DNA of 64,000 nucleotides from positions 1,728,001 through 1,792,000 of the forward strand of contig CBDFIQ010000002.1 in assembly GCA_965248195.1 (NCBI GenBank). Direction: 5' to 3'. The translations under genes were made by a program, and so were the position numbers. Positions 1-10,721 of this stretch are shown here, in pieces; the first letter of the stretch is position 1, and every line of letters begins with the position of its first letter. The stretch comes from Longimicrobiales bacterium (GTDB lineage: Bacteria > Gemmatimonadota > Gemmatimonadetes > Longimicrobiales > Gaopeijiaceae). Under the pieces are notes generated by a model that worked only from the letters and a program-made list of their open reading frames with translations, ran no database searches and was not told where the DNA came from.

Positions 1-708
1 CGGCCCGCGCTGGGCCCCGGCCGGGCATTCCTCTACTCCGCGCTTCTTCCCGGGCTCGGACAGCGCAAGCTGGGCAAAGGTCGCTGGCTTGCCTACCTGG
101 CGGTCGAAGGGGCAGCCTGGATCGCGTTTGGCCGCGCACGCTGGTCCGCAACGGACGAGAGAGGCCAATACCAGGATCTCGCCTGGGACGTCGCGCGTTC
201 GTTCAACGGCCCCAGGGTCGACGGGAATTTCCGCTATTACGAAACGATGGAAAACTTTCTCGCCTCCGGTGCTTTCGACACCGATTCCGTCGCGCCCGGC
301 ATCCAGCCGGAAGTGGACCTATCCACCTTCAACGGGCGGACGTGGTCCTTGGCCACCGAGATCCATTTTCCGGCCGGTGCGAATCCCGGTCCCGGAGACC
401 CGGAATACGAGGCCGCGTTGGTGGACTACCGAGCGCGCGCTTACGACGAGCGCTTCGAATGGTCCTGGGCCGGACAGTCGGCGGCTTGGACGGATTACAT
501 GGACCTGATCGACTCGAGCGATGGATCCTTCAGACGCGCATCACAGTTTCTGGGCGTGGTCATCGCCAACCATCTCCTAAGCGGCGTCGATGCCTTCGTG
601 ACCGCACGGATACAGGACTCGGGCCGGGACCAGGCCGAGGCCCAGATCCGTCTGGTACCCCGGGACGATAGGAAGGGGCTCGGGCTCGTCCTTCAGGTAA
701 GGCATTGA
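1..708 (+). CDS. Hypothetical membrane protein (DUF5683-like), 5' end outside window
   Basis: Frame 1 is open from base 1 (RPALGPGRAFLYSALLPGLGQ...). SxLLPGxGQ motif followed by a hydrophobic stretch. Stop overlaps the rnr TTG. Confidence 0.6.
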   Translation, partial: RPALGPGRAFLYSALLPGLGQRKLGKGRWLAYLAVEGAAWIAFGRARWSATDERGQYQDLAWDVARSFNGPRVDGNFRYYETMENFLASGAFDTDSVAPGIQPEVDLSTFNGRTWSLATEIHFPAGANPGPGDPEYEAALVDYRARAYDERFEWSWAGQSAAWTDYMDLIDSSDGSFRRASQFLGVVIANHLLSGVDAFVTARIQDSGRDQAEAQIRLVPRDDRKGLGLVLQVRH

Positions 709-2675
709 AGATCAAGCTCGTGGTAGGCCGGGTTGCGGTTACCCGAAAGGGTGATGGCTTCGTTGCGCCGGACCAGGGTGGGCAGGACATCTTCGTGCCC
801 GGCCTCTCCCTGGAGTCGGCGATGGACGGCGACCAGGTGGCGGTTCGTGTGGAGGGGCACGCGCGCGGCCGCAGCCCCGTGGGCCGCGTGGTCAAGGTTC
901 TGGACCGTGCGCACGAAACCGTAGTGGGCACCTTTCGCCGGTCCCGCTCCTTCGGGGTCGTGCACCCCCGGAATCGTCGAATATCTCGTGAGATCTTGGT
1001 GGCCCAAGGGGACGAGGCGACCGCTGGGGAGGGTGACGTCGTGGTCGCCCGCATTATGTCGTTCGGGAGTGGCAAGATGGGGCCCATGGGCCGCATCGAG
1101 ACGGTACTGGGGAAATCGGGGGAGCCTGGCGTCGACGTCCTGTCCGTGATCCACGACCACGGGTTGTTGTTGGCGTTTCCCGACAGCGTGGTTTCGGCGG
1201 CCCGTGAAGCGGTGGCCCACCGGCGGAAAAAGCCGGGAGATCATCGCACAGACCGGCGGGACCTCCACGTATTTACCATCGACCCGGCGGACGCCAAGGA
1301 CCACGATGACGGGCTCTCCCTCCGGTCTCTCGAAGACGAGTCCTGGGAGGTCGGCATTCATATCGCCGACGTCTCCCACTTCGTCCGCCCCGGCGATGAG
1401 GTAGACCTGGAGGCCTTCAAGCGAGGCACTAGCGTCTACCTCGTGGATCGGGTCATCCCGATGCTCCCCCACGAGCTGTCGACCGACGCCTGCTCATTGC
1501 TCCCCCACACAGATCGGTTTGCGGTGTCGGTCTTCGCCGTGGTGGACTCGGCGGGCCGCATCCGAGATGCCCGTTTCGAGCGTACAGAGATCCGAAGCCG
1601 GCATAAGCTGAGCTACGAAGAGGCGCAGGCCGTCCTGGACAGGAAAAAAACGATCGACCCGGAGACGGATGAGGCGCTGCACGCCTTGGCGGCGCTTGCC
1701 GAAACCCTGCGTGAGAGACGCAAGGATCGGGGCTCGCTGGATTTCGATCTTCCCGAGGCCCGTGTGCTCCTGGGTAAACAGGGGAAGCCGCTAGCGATCC
1801 GCCAGATCGAGAGACTGGAGAGCCACCGCCTGGTCGAGGCCTTCATGCTGCTCGCCAATGAAATCGTAGCACGGGAGGCCGAACGAAAAGGTCTGCCCAT
1901 CCTCTACCGGGTGCATGAGCCTCCTCCGATGGACAAGATGCGGGAGCTGCGGACCCTTCTGGGCCGCCTCGGCCATCGCGTCTCCAAGGGGAAGATCCCG
2001 CAAACAGCCCTACAAGCGGTGCTCAAGCAGGTCGAGGGTCGGCCAGAAGAAAAACTCGTCTCGACGGTGATCCTCCGGTCGATGAGCCGGGCTCGGTACA
2101 ACGTAAAAAACCTCGGCCACTATGGCCTCGCGTCGGACTGGTACACACATTTCACGTCGCCCATTCGGCGGTATCCGGATCTCTGGCTGCACCGGGTTCT
2201 CACGCACACCCTCGTCGAGGGTCGCGCCCCTCCGGAAGACTGGAAGGGCCAGGGTCTCAAGGAAAAAGCCGAGCGGTGCAGCGTACGCGAAAGAGTAGCT
2301 GAGGCCGCCGAAAGAGAGAGTGTAGACCTGAAAAAGGTCGAATACATGGAACGGCACCTCGGGGACGAATTTTTCGGCACCGTTTCCGGCGTCACTTCCT
2401 TTGGGATTTTCGTTCTCCTCGACGACGTCTTCGTGGAGGGGCTGGTCCATGTGAACAGCATGACCGACGACTATTACGTTTTCCGGCAGGATCGTTACCT
2501 GTTGGTAGGAGAGCGCTCCCACCGTACCTTTCGTCTTGGGGACCCTCTGGAAATCCGGGTGGCCCGCGTCGATAAAGAGGAACGTGTTATCGACTTCGTG
2601 ATTGTAGATTCTGAAAAGGCGTCGAAACGGACGAAAAAGGTGTCGAGAAAAGCGAAGTCGAAAAAGGCGAAGTAG
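705..2675 (+). CDS. rnr: Ribonuclease R
   Basis: RNB motifs TIDPADAKDHDD and YTHFTSPIRRYPD, C-terminal S1 domain, basic tail. Confidence 0.95.
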   Translation: MKIKLVVGRVAVTRKGDGFVAPDQGGQDIFVPGLSLESAMDGDQVAVRVEGHARGRSPVGRVVKVLDRAHETVVGTFRRSRSFGVVHPRNRRISREILVAQGDEATAGEGDVVVARIMSFGSGKMGPMGRIETVLGKSGEPGVDVLSVIHDHGLLLAFPDSVVSAAREAVAHRRKKPGDHRTDRRDLHVFTIDPADAKDHDDGLSLRSLEDESWEVGIHIADVSHFVRPGDEVDLEAFKRGTSVYLVDRVIPMLPHELSTDACSLLPHTDRFAVSVFAVVDSAGRIRDARFERTEIRSRHKLSYEEAQAVLDRKKTIDPETDEALHALAALAETLRERRKDRGSLDFDLPEARVLLGKQGKPLAIRQIERLESHRLVEAFMLLANEIVAREAERKGLPILYRVHEPPPMDKMRELRTLLGRLGHRVSKGKIPQTALQAVLKQVEGRPEEKLVSTVILRSMSRARYNVKNLGHYGLASDWYTHFTSPIRRYPDLWLHRVLTHTLVEGRAPPEDWKGQGLKEKAERCSVRERVAEAAERESVDLKKVEYMERHLGDEFFGTVSGVTSFGIFVLLDDVFVEGLVHVNSMTDDYYVFRQDRYLLVGERSHRTFRLGDPLEIRVARVDKEERVIDFVIVDSEKASKRTKKVSRKAKSKKAK

Positions 2676-2704
2676 AACTCCCATCTCCCTAATCGCAAGG
2701 TGGC

Positions 2705-3640
2705 ATGTCCCCAGGGCCGATCGTGTACAAGGGCTCGTGGCCCGGAAAGTGGTCGGATCTGCTTTCCCGGTTCTGCGATCGACATCACCTTCAAGTCGAG
2801 ACGGCGGGCGAACTCGAGGACGTCCACGCCTTCGTAAACCGTTCGTTCCCGTCTTGTCTGGTGTTGGAGGGTGCGAGCGATACGGCGGAGGCGCTTACCC
2901 TCTGCTCCGATCTGAAGAAGGACCCGTTCACCGCCGTGGTACCGATCGTCGTGCTCGTTCTAGCCGACCAAACGGACCTGATCTCAGACTGGCTGGCCGC
3001 CGGAGCCGACGAGGTCGTCTCCGAAACCCACTCCGAACGGGAACAAGATCTACGCCTCGAGCTCGTGATTCGGCGCGCTCAACGCGATGTAGCCGTGCAC
3101 CCAACGACCCGGCTTCCGGGAACCGTCCAGATCGAGCGGAATATCGGAGACCGTCTCCGGTACGGGGAGGAATTCGCGGTGTGTTATGCGGATCTGGACA
3201 ACTTCAAGGAGTTCAACGATCGGTACGGGTATAACCACGGAGATCATGTGATCCTGCTGCTGTCGCGGATCCTCAGGGATGTGGTCCGCGGGCTTGCTCA
3301 GGAGGGATTCGTGGGGCATATCGGGGGCGATGACTTTATCTTCATCGTCAACATGAAGTATCTTGAAGCATGTTGTGACGAGATCATCTATCTGTTCGAT
3401 GAACTCATTCCGTATCAATACACTGTGGAGGACCGTCGCGCCGGCTATTTTCTGGGGAAGGACCGCCGGGGCAGCATAAGACGAGTCCCGTTGATGACTC
3501 TTTCGATCGGCGTCGTCACGAACCAGATACAGCCGTTTACGCACACGGCCCAAGTGAGTGAGTACACGAAATCCCTTCCCGGCTCGGTCTACGCAGTCGA
3601 CCGTAGACGGCCATTCAAAGAAGAAGTCGAGCAACCATGA
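2705..3640 (+). CDS. Diguanylate cyclase-like protein (degenerate receiver + GGDEF)
   Basis: YADLDNFKEFNDRYG..GD and GHIGGDDF motifs, receiver-like N-terminus. Confidence 0.85.
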   Translation: MSPGPIVYKGSWPGKWSDLLSRFCDRHHLQVETAGELEDVHAFVNRSFPSCLVLEGASDTAEALTLCSDLKKDPFTAVVPIVVLVLADQTDLISDWLAAGADEVVSETHSEREQDLRLELVIRRAQRDVAVHPTTRLPGTVQIERNIGDRLRYGEEFAVCYADLDNFKEFNDRYGYNHGDHVILLLSRILRDVVRGLAQEGFVGHIGGDDFIFIVNMKYLEACCDEIIYLFDELIPYQYTVEDRRAGYFLGKDRRGSIRRVPLMTLSIGVVTNQIQPFTHTAQVSEYTKSLPGSVYAVDRRRPFKEEVEQP

Positions 3641-4248
3641 CCACTACGGTTTCTTGTCCGGCCTGTAGTACGTCTTTTCCGATCGACCCGGCCAAGGTCC
3701 CGCTGGGGGGTGTGCGTGCGCAGTGCAGTGTCTGTCCCGAGATCTTCAACGTCGATGCCCCGAGTGAGGCGGCTCCCGAAGCTGCACCGGCTCTCGAGGT
3801 GGTGGCCGACACCATGCCAACAGCGGATCCCCTGGAAACTGGCATGGTGGATCTTCCTCCGATCGAAGGGGCATCGGCAGTGGCCGATGCGACGGCAGAG
3901 GCTGTGTCGATCGACACGGGGCCAAGCAATACCGATGACTCGGCGGCGGCGGTCGTCGAAGCGGAAAGTCCAGGTCCCATTCGGTTCGGTCGACGTACCC
4001 CCGCGGACAAAGCGAAGAGCTTGGCGAGAAGCCTGGTGTCGGATCTGATCGCCTATAATCCCGAAAAGCACAAAGAGGCCCTCGCGGGTGGAACCCTACC
4101 AGAGGTCTTCGGCGACGAGATAGAGAAGTCCCTGAAGGAATATCAGCAGCAGGTAGAACCTGACGTGATGGCCGAGGGCTCATTTTTCAACGATGCCCTC
4201 AACTCGATCCTGGCCGAGGGACAAACCGTCTTCAACCTCGACAACTAA
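3637..4248 (+). CDS. Zinc-ribbon (MJ0042-type) domain protein
   Basis: N-terminal CPAC...CSVC, acidic linker, helical C-terminal domain (ARSLVSDLIAYN). Confidence 0.75.
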   Translation: MTTTVSCPACSTSFPIDPAKVPLGGVRAQCSVCPEIFNVDAPSEAAPEAAPALEVVADTMPTADPLETGMVDLPPIEGASAVADATAEAVSIDTGPSNTDDSAAAVVEAESPGPIRFGRRTPADKAKSLARSLVSDLIAYNPEKHKEALAGGTLPEVFGDEIEKSLKEYQQQVEPDVMAEGSFFNDALNSILAEGQTVFNLDN

Positions 4249-4288
4249 CAGGCCTGTTGAAGAAGTGGGGTGCGACCGTGCGAGCCGG

Positions 4289-4317
4289 TTGATGCCCCTT
4301 TCGGGCTGGAATATATT
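4289..4317 (+). promoter_or_regulatory. Putative sigma70 promoter for prfB-lysS
   Basis: TTGATG-17 nt-TATATT in the intergenic region. Confidence 0.5.
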
Positions 4318-4386
4318 ACCAGCAGTCGAGGGGTCGTCCTTGTGGGCGGCCCCTTCTTACGTTGCACAGAGGACGAAAGAGACCCC

Positions 4387-5506
4387 GTGGCGTTGAGCAA
4401 AGAAGGCCTCCACCGTTTGGACGTGATCCGCGGACGCATCTCCGACCTTCGGGGGTACCTTTGACGTCGTGGGGAAGAGTGCTCGGATCGAAGCGCTCGA
4501 CAAGGAGATGGCCGTCACAGGATTCTGGGACAATAAGGATCAGGCGCGTGAAGTCATCGCCGAATCGAATCGCCTGAAAGGCTGGGTCGAACCCTGGAGG
4601 AAACTGGACGGCAAAGCCTCCGACCTCGCCGAACTGGGAGCGCTCCTGGAAACGGAATCGGACGATGATCTCGAGGCGGAATGGCTCGCCGAGGTCGAGG
4701 AGACGGAACGCCAGGGCCAAGCGCTCGAGGTCCGGACGATGCTCCAGGGATCCGATGATCACCGGGGCGCCCTACTCACGGTTCATCCAGGCGCGGGCGG
4801 TCTCGAGTCCCAGGACTGGGCCGAGATGCTGACCCGCATGTACACACGATGGGCCGAACGCCGCGGGTACAGTGTCAGCGTGCTCGACATGCAGCCGGGA
4901 GAGGAAGCAGGGATCAAGAGCGCGACACTGGAAGTGTCGGGGGAGGACGCCTACGGCTATCTGAAGGCGGAGAAGGGTGTACACCGGCTCGTGCGTATTT
5001 CGCCCTTCGACGCGCAGTCGCGACGGCATACGTCCTTCGCGAGCGTGTTCGTGTATCCGGAGGTCGACGACGAGATCGAGATCGAAATCGACGAGTCGGA
5101 TTTACGCATCGATACGTTCCGTGCTTCCGGCGCAGGCGGCCAGCACGTGAACAAGACGGATTCGGCGATCCGGATCACTCATCTTCCCACGGGAATCGTC
5201 GTTTCTTGTCAGCAGGAGCGGTCTCAGCACAAGAATCGTGCGACCGCCATGAAGATGCTGAAAGCCGGACTCTACGAGCGGGCCCTTGAAGAACAAGAAA
5301 AAGAAAAGGCGGAGCTCGAAGCTACGAAACCGGAGATCGGCTGGGGGAATCAGATTCGGTCCTACGTCTTCCAGCCCTATACGATGGTCAGCGATCACCG
5401 GACCGAATTGAAGGTCGGCGACGTGAACAAGGTGATGGACGGTGACCTCGATCAGTTCATCGAGGCCTTTCTGAAGCTATCCGCCACGCAGAGAGCCCTG
5501 AATTGA
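4387..5506 (+). CDS. prfB: Peptide chain release factor 2 with programmed +1 frameshift
   Basis: GTG at 4387 reads MALSKE...LRGYL to CTT TGA C (4459-4465), preceded by SD-like GGGGGT. The +1 frame continues DVVGKS... and contains SPF and GGQ motifs. Confidence 0.95.
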
Positions 5507-7068
5507 CCGAGCCCTCGCGGAGGAGTGAGGCGGAGGGACTGGCGTCCGAAGAGCTCAGCCAAGTGAGGAAGCACCGCCAGGACAAGCTAAAGGCGATCCG
5601 CGAACGGGGCCTCGAGCCGTACGCGTACTCCTATGACCGGACCCATCTCGCGGTGGAGACAGTCTCGCTCTTCGAGCAGGCCGAGCAGGCCGAAGGGCTC
5701 GATGACAACGGCCACGGGGAGTGCGTTTCGGTCGCCGGACGCATCACGAGTTACCGGTCCCACGGGAAGAGCGCTTTCGCGCATATCGAGGACCGCTCAG
5801 GTCCGGTCCAGATCTATTTTCGCAAGGACGTTCTCGGGGACGAGCCCTTCGAGGCGCTGGAACTCCTCGACCTCAGCGATTGGATCGGCGTGGCGGGCGT
5901 ACTTTTTCGGACGCGCACCGGAGAGGTCACCGTACGGGTGCAGGACTGGACACTGCTTTCGAAGTCCTTGCGGCCGCTCCCTCTAGGGAAAACCGAAACG
6001 GATGAGGAGACCGGGGAACGGAGCACGTTTAGCGGGTTTACGGACAAGGAAGCCCGCTACAGGCAACGGTATGCGGATCTCGCGGTCAATCCCGAAGTCC
6101 GGGAGGTATTCCGGGCCCGCGCCAAGATCATCTCGGAGCTCCGAAGCTTTTTGGACGGCGAGGATTTTTTGGAAGTGGAGACGCCGGCCCTTCAGCCCCT
6201 GTATGGTGGGGCGGCGGCACGTCCGTTCCTCACCAAGCACAACGCCCTGGACCGGACCCTCTACCTTCGGATCGCCGACGAGCTCTACCTCAAGCGCCTC
6301 ATCGTCGGAGGCCTGGGGCGTGTTTACGAGATTTGCAAAGACTTCCGCAACGAGGGCATCGATCGTTTCCATAATCCCGAATTCACGATGCTCGAATTCT
6401 ACCAGGCCTTCATCGATTATCGGGGCTTGATGGACCTGACGGAGCGCATGTTGGCGCACGTGGTTCAGGCTGCGACGGGTTCGCTCGAAATCGTCTACCA
6501 AGGCTATGAGATCGATTTCACCGGTGCCTACGAGCGTGTGCCCATGCTGGGCAGCCTCTCCGAGGCCCTGGGAACCGACGTCAGAGAACTTTCCGCCGAC
6601 GACCTGCGAACCCATGCCCGGCGCCTGAAAGTGCCTGACCTCGAGGGCGCTGGATGGGGCAAGCTCATCGATAAACTTTTCGGGGAGCTGGTTGAGCCGA
6701 AGCTGATCCAACCCACGTTCGTGATGGACCATCCCAAGGAGCTCACGCCCCTCGCGAAGGTTCATCGCGACGACCCGGAGCTTACCGAGCGTTTCGAGCT
6801 GTTCGTGGCGGGGGAGGAAATCGCCAACGCCTTTTCTGAGTTGAACGATCCGATCGACCAGAGGCAGCGCTTCGATGCGCAGGCCAGGCTCAAGGAAGCC
6901 GGCGATGACGAGACGCATCCGATCGATGAGGATTTCGTGAGAGCCCTCGAATACGGTATGCCTCCGACCGGAGGCCTGGGCATGGGGGTCGATCGCCTCA
7001 CGATGCTACTCACGGACCAGCCCTCGATTCGCGACGTGATCCTTTTCCCCACGCTCCGGGACGAGTGA
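5503..7068 (+). CDS. lysS: Lysine--tRNA ligase (class II)
   Basis: YLRIADELYLKRL, FRNEG, HNPEFTMLEFY and YGMPPTGGLGMGVDRL motifs. Confidence 0.97.
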   Translation: MTEPSRRSEAEGLASEELSQVRKHRQDKLKAIRERGLEPYAYSYDRTHLAVETVSLFEQAEQAEGLDDNGHGECVSVAGRITSYRSHGKSAFAHIEDRSGPVQIYFRKDVLGDEPFEALELLDLSDWIGVAGVLFRTRTGEVTVRVQDWTLLSKSLRPLPLGKTETDEETGERSTFSGFTDKEARYRQRYADLAVNPEVREVFRARAKIISELRSFLDGEDFLEVETPALQPLYGGAAARPFLTKHNALDRTLYLRIADELYLKRLIVGGLGRVYEICKDFRNEGIDRFHNPEFTMLEFYQAFIDYRGLMDLTERMLAHVVQAATGSLEIVYQGYEIDFTGAYERVPMLGSLSEALGTDVRELSADDLRTHARRLKVPDLEGAGWGKLIDKLFGELVEPKLIQPTFVMDHPKELTPLAKVHRDDPELTERFELFVAGEEIANAFSELNDPIDQRQRFDAQARLKEAGDDETHPIDEDFVRALEYGMPPTGGLGMGVDRLTMLLTDQPSIRDVILFPTLRDE

Positions 7069-8333
7069 TGTCCTCTCCCTCGCCGAATCGTGGATTGGAG
7101 TGGTACGTCGCACGACGGTACATGGCGTCCAGGCACCGAGGCCGCCTGTTCTCCTTCATCACCTGGATCGCGCTGGGCGGCGTCACGGTGGGTGTCAGCG
7201 CCCTTGTGGTCGTGATCGGCGTGATGACGGGGATGCAGGAAGATCTCCTGGGAAAGATCCTCGAGTCCTCTCCTCATGTGCAGGTTCTGCAGCAGGGGCG
7301 CAGCCTACGGATGGACGATTGGGAGACGGTAGCCGGTCGCGTTCGCCAGATCGAGGGCGTCGAGGCCGTCGTCCCCTGGGTCCTCACTACAGTGACCGCT
7401 CTGCGTGAGACCTATTCCCAACCCGCCGACATGTACGGAGTGCCTCTCGATCCCGGAGGGCCGCCTGTGACTGAGATGGAGGCCCGGATCCAAGCAGGGG
7501 CTCACGACCTCGGTCCCACGGCGTCGGGGCTCCCGCCCGTTCTGATGGGAAGCCGGCTCGCGGCGCGGATGCAGGTCTTCAGTGGCGACACGCTCACGCT
7601 GATCGCCTTCGAGAATCTCACCGTGGATGTGATGGGGTTGCCCTCCCCGAGCATGCGCCAGTACGAAGTAACGGGGACGTTTACGACCGGCATGTACGAA
7701 TACGACATCAAGAACATCTACGTGCCGATCGAGGCGGCGCAGGAGCAGCTGGGAATTCTGGACGGCGACCGGGTCTCCGGGCTCGGCGTGCGGGTCCACG
7801 ACATCGACGAAGCGGGGCCGGTGTCGGACCGCATCCAGGCTGAGCTGGGCTATGATTTTTTGGCGGTCAGTTGGAGTACGACCAATCGAGCCCTCTTCTC
7901 GGCGCTCGAGCTCGAGAAGCTTGCCATGGGCCTGATCCTGACGCTGATCGTCGTGGTCGCAGCCTTCAACATCGTGAGCACCCTGGTGATGGTGGTAGTG
8001 GACCGGACCCGGGAAATCGGCATCCTCAAATCCATGGGCATGACCGACCGGATGATTCGCCGGATCTTCATGATCCAGGGGCTCTCCATCGGAATCATCG
8101 GTACCACGTTGGGGACGGTGCTGGGATTGGTGCTCGCCTGGGTGTTGGACACCTTCGAGATCATCACCATTCCGGCGGAAGTGTACTTCGTCGAGACATT
8201 ACCGGTCTCGATCCACCCCACCGAAATCGCGATGATCGTGGTCGTCAGCCTTCTCATCGCCTTCCTGGCCACGATCTATCCTGCCCTGAAAGCGTCTCAG
8301 CTCCAGCCTGTCCGAGCGATCCGGCATGAATAG
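7065..8333 (+). CDS. lolE: Lipoprotein-releasing ABC transporter permease (LolC/E)
   Basis: MacB/FtsX topology, VAAFNIVSTLVMVV..RTREIGILKSMG motif, adjacent to lolD. Confidence 0.88.
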   Translation: MMSSPSPNRGLEWYVARRYMASRHRGRLFSFITWIALGGVTVGVSALVVVIGVMTGMQEDLLGKILESSPHVQVLQQGRSLRMDDWETVAGRVRQIEGVEAVVPWVLTTVTALRETYSQPADMYGVPLDPGGPPVTEMEARIQAGAHDLGPTASGLPPVLMGSRLAARMQVFSGDTLTLIAFENLTVDVMGLPSPSMRQYEVTGTFTTGMYEYDIKNIYVPIEAAQEQLGILDGDRVSGLGVRVHDIDEAGPVSDRIQAELGYDFLAVSWSTTNRALFSALELEKLAMGLILTLIVVVAAFNIVSTLVMVVVDRTREIGILKSMGMTDRMIRRIFMIQGLSIGIIGTTLGTVLGLVLAWVLDTFEIITIPAEVYFVETLPVSIHPTEIAMIVVVSLLIAFLATIYPALKASQLQPVRAIRHE

Positions 8334-9048
8334 GCCAGACATGGCGGTCGGGGGGCTCGCTTCCCCCGCCGTTGAGGCCCGGGAGCTACGCAAGGTGTTC
8401 GTCGGTGGAGACGGCCATGAACTCACGGTATTGGGGGGGGTAAATCTACGAGTTGATGCGGGGGAGACCGTCGCTATCGTGGGAAGTAGTGGGGCAGGGA
8501 AGTCCACCCTCTTACATTTGTTAGGTGCGCTCGATCGCCCTACCGACGGTGCCGTCTTCCTCGGAGGGCGCGACATATCGGAAGTGGACGGAGACGAACT
8601 CGCAAGGATGCGAAACCGCGGAGTGGGCTTCGTGTTCCAGTTCCATCACCTCCTGAGAGAGTTTACGGCGTTGGAGAACGTGATGATGCCTTGTTTGATC
8701 GCCGGACGGCCGCGACAGGCCTCGGAGGAGAGGGCCAGGGAACTGCTCACGGTCGTCGGACTCGATGCACGCATGTCGCACCGCCCCACACAACTTTCGG
8801 GTGGAGAACAGCAGCGTGTCGCGGTCGCACGGGCCCTTGCAGCCGAGCCGCCACTGCTTCTTGCCGATGAGCCCTCGGGCAACCTCGACACGCAGACGAG
8901 TGAGGAACTGCACGATCTCCTGTTTCGCCTCCGGGTGAGCCAGAGCTTGGGCATGGTCCTCGTGACCCACAACCGGGAGTTGGCCGGTCGAGCCGACCGG
9001 ATCCTCGAGTTGAGGGACGGCCAGCTTCACGAAGCGGTTCGAGCTTGA
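8326..9048 (+). CDS. lolD: Lipoprotein-releasing ABC transporter ATPase
   Basis: [27 protein letters not shown] and ADEPSGNLD motifs. Confidence 0.92.
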   Translation: MNRPDMAVGGLASPAVEARELRKVFVGGDGHELTVLGGVNLRVDAGETVAIVGSSGAGKSTLLHLLGALDRPTDGAVFLGGRDISEVDGDELARMRNRGVGFVFQFHHLLREFTALENVMMPCLIAGRPRQASEERARELLTVVGLDARMSHRPTQLSGGEQQRVAVARALAAEPPLLLADEPSGNLDTQTSEELHDLLFRLRVSQSLGMVLVTHNRELAGRADRILELRDGQLHEAVRA

Positions 9049-9054
9049 CGATCG

Positions 9055-9588
9055 ATGAAAGGCAAGGAACCCAAACCGACCTGCGATCAGTGCGGCGACG
9101 CCGACGCCGTCGTGCACCTCACACAGATCGAGAACAACGAGATGAAGACCTCCCATCTTTGTGAGAAGTGCGCGGCCGTCAAGGGCGTCGAGGGAGGGGA
9201 GGAGCCCACCAACTTTCCTCTGACAGGTTTCCTGGCTCAACTTGCCGACGCACCGGACTCCGAGGATCTCCCTGAAGCCCTCGGCCCATGTTCTTTCTGC
9301 GGCCTTACTTTCGAAAATTTTCGCGAGGCGGGCCGGCTCGGCTGTCCGCACTGCTACACAACCTATGAGTCCTATCTGAGAGGGCTCCTCCGGCGTGTGC
9401 ACGGAAGCACCCAACACGTGGGCAAGGTCTACCTGCCTCCGGATCCAGCCGCTTCGGAGCTAGAAAAGCAGGTAGAGGTTCTCCGCCACAAGCTCCAGCG
9501 CGCGGTGGACTCTGAGGATTTCGAGAGAGCGGCGGGGCTCCGTGACAAGATTCGGGGGATGGAGCCGGCGGGGAGCGACACACCATGA
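9055..9588 (+). CDS. mcsA: Protein-arginine kinase activator McsA
   Basis: Four CxxC motifs, GRLGCPHCY, C-terminal UVR domain (EDFERAAGLRDKI). Confidence 0.92.
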   Translation: MKGKEPKPTCDQCGDADAVVHLTQIENNEMKTSHLCEKCAAVKGVEGGEEPTNFPLTGFLAQLADAPDSEDLPEALGPCSFCGLTFENFREAGRLGCPHCYTTYESYLRGLLRRVHGSTQHVGKVYLPPDPAASELEKQVEVLRHKLQRAVDSEDFERAAGLRDKIRGMEPAGSDTP

Positions 9589-10709
9589 GTGACCTTCACA
9601 CCCTTCCCAACCATGGCCTCGGATGGCTCGACGCCAGCGGAGAACATGCCGGCGTCGTGCTTTCTACTCGGATTCGACTCGCTCGAAACTTACAAGGTCA
9701 TGCGTTCGGACCGCGAGCACGGGTCAACGACCGTGAGGCAGTCCTCGAGCAGACCCGCCGAGCCAAAGCCAAGGTTGAACTCCTCGCCGGATCGACATTG
9801 CTCGAACTGCCGGATCTGGACTCTCGAAGCCGCGGGATGCTTCTCGAGCGGCGACTCGCTTCACGGGAGTTGCTCGGCGATGTGAAAACGGGTCCGTCCC
9901 GTGCCACCGCTGTGCTGCTCGCCGCCCAGGACCCGCTCAGCGTGATGGTGAACGAGGAAGATCACCTCCGCCTCCAGGGATTGGTATCCGGGCTTCGCCT
10001 CAAGGAGGCGTGGAACCTCGTCGATCGTCTGGATGAGGAGCTGGGTCAAGAACTCCCGTTCGCTTACCATCACGAGTTCGGCTTTCTGACCAGTTGCCCC
10101 ACCAACGTCGGGAGCGGGCTTCGCGCATCGGTTCTCGTGCATCTCCCGGGCTTGGTGCTCACCAAGGAAATCGGAAAGGTGCTCCAAGGCCTCGGGCAGG
10201 TGGGTCTCACCTTCCGTGGCCTTTATGGCGAAGGCTCCGAGGTGGTCGGAAATTTCTTTCAACTCTCGAACCAGACGACCCTCGGCAAGAGCGAAGAAGA
10301 GCTCATCGAACACCTCGACAAGATCGTCCGCCAGGTAATTCAGTACGAAGACCAGGCCCGCCAGGTGCTCCTGAGGGATGCGCCCCAGGTCACGGAGGAC
10401 AAGATCTGGCGTGCCTACGGGCTTCTACGATATGCCAGGTCCCTTTCCTTCGAAGAACTGATGAATTTATTGTCGGGAATTCGCCTAGGTGTCGGCCTGA
10501 AACTCCTACCGGAGCTCCGGGTATACACGCTCAACAAACTCATGATCTTCACGCAGACCGCTCATCTCGAACAGGCGGCCGAACGCGACCTTCCGCCTTC
10601 CGAGTGCGACGCACACCGGGCGGCTTATGTAAGGAGGATCTTGTCGAAAGAGGGGCCGGTGGCCCCGCGTGACGGGATCGCAGAGACCGATTCGCCGGCA
10701 GAGGGATAA
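9585..10709 (+). CDS. mcsB: Protein arginine kinase McsB
   Basis: STRIRLARN, VNEEDHLR and LTSCPTNVGSGLRAS guanido-kinase motifs. Confidence 0.95.
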   Translation: MSDLHTLPNHGLGWLDASGEHAGVVLSTRIRLARNLQGHAFGPRARVNDREAVLEQTRRAKAKVELLAGSTLLELPDLDSRSRGMLLERRLASRELLGDVKTGPSRATAVLLAAQDPLSVMVNEEDHLRLQGLVSGLRLKEAWNLVDRLDEELGQELPFAYHHEFGFLTSCPTNVGSGLRASVLVHLPGLVLTKEIGKVLQGLGQVGLTFRGLYGEGSEVVGNFFQLSNQTTLGKSEEELIEHLDKIVRQVIQYEDQARQVLLRDAPQVTEDKIWRAYGLLRYARSLSFEELMNLLSGIRLGVGLKLLPELRVYTLNKLMIFTQTAHLEQAAERDLPPSECDAHRAAYVRRILSKEGPVAPRDGIAETDSPAEG

Positions 10710-10721
10710 ACGACTCCAAGC

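Noticed and set aside
4244..4266. Palindrome aacaggcctgtt followed by gaagaag, resembling an IS5/IS1182 end
   Set aside because: Too short, with no partner end or transposase.
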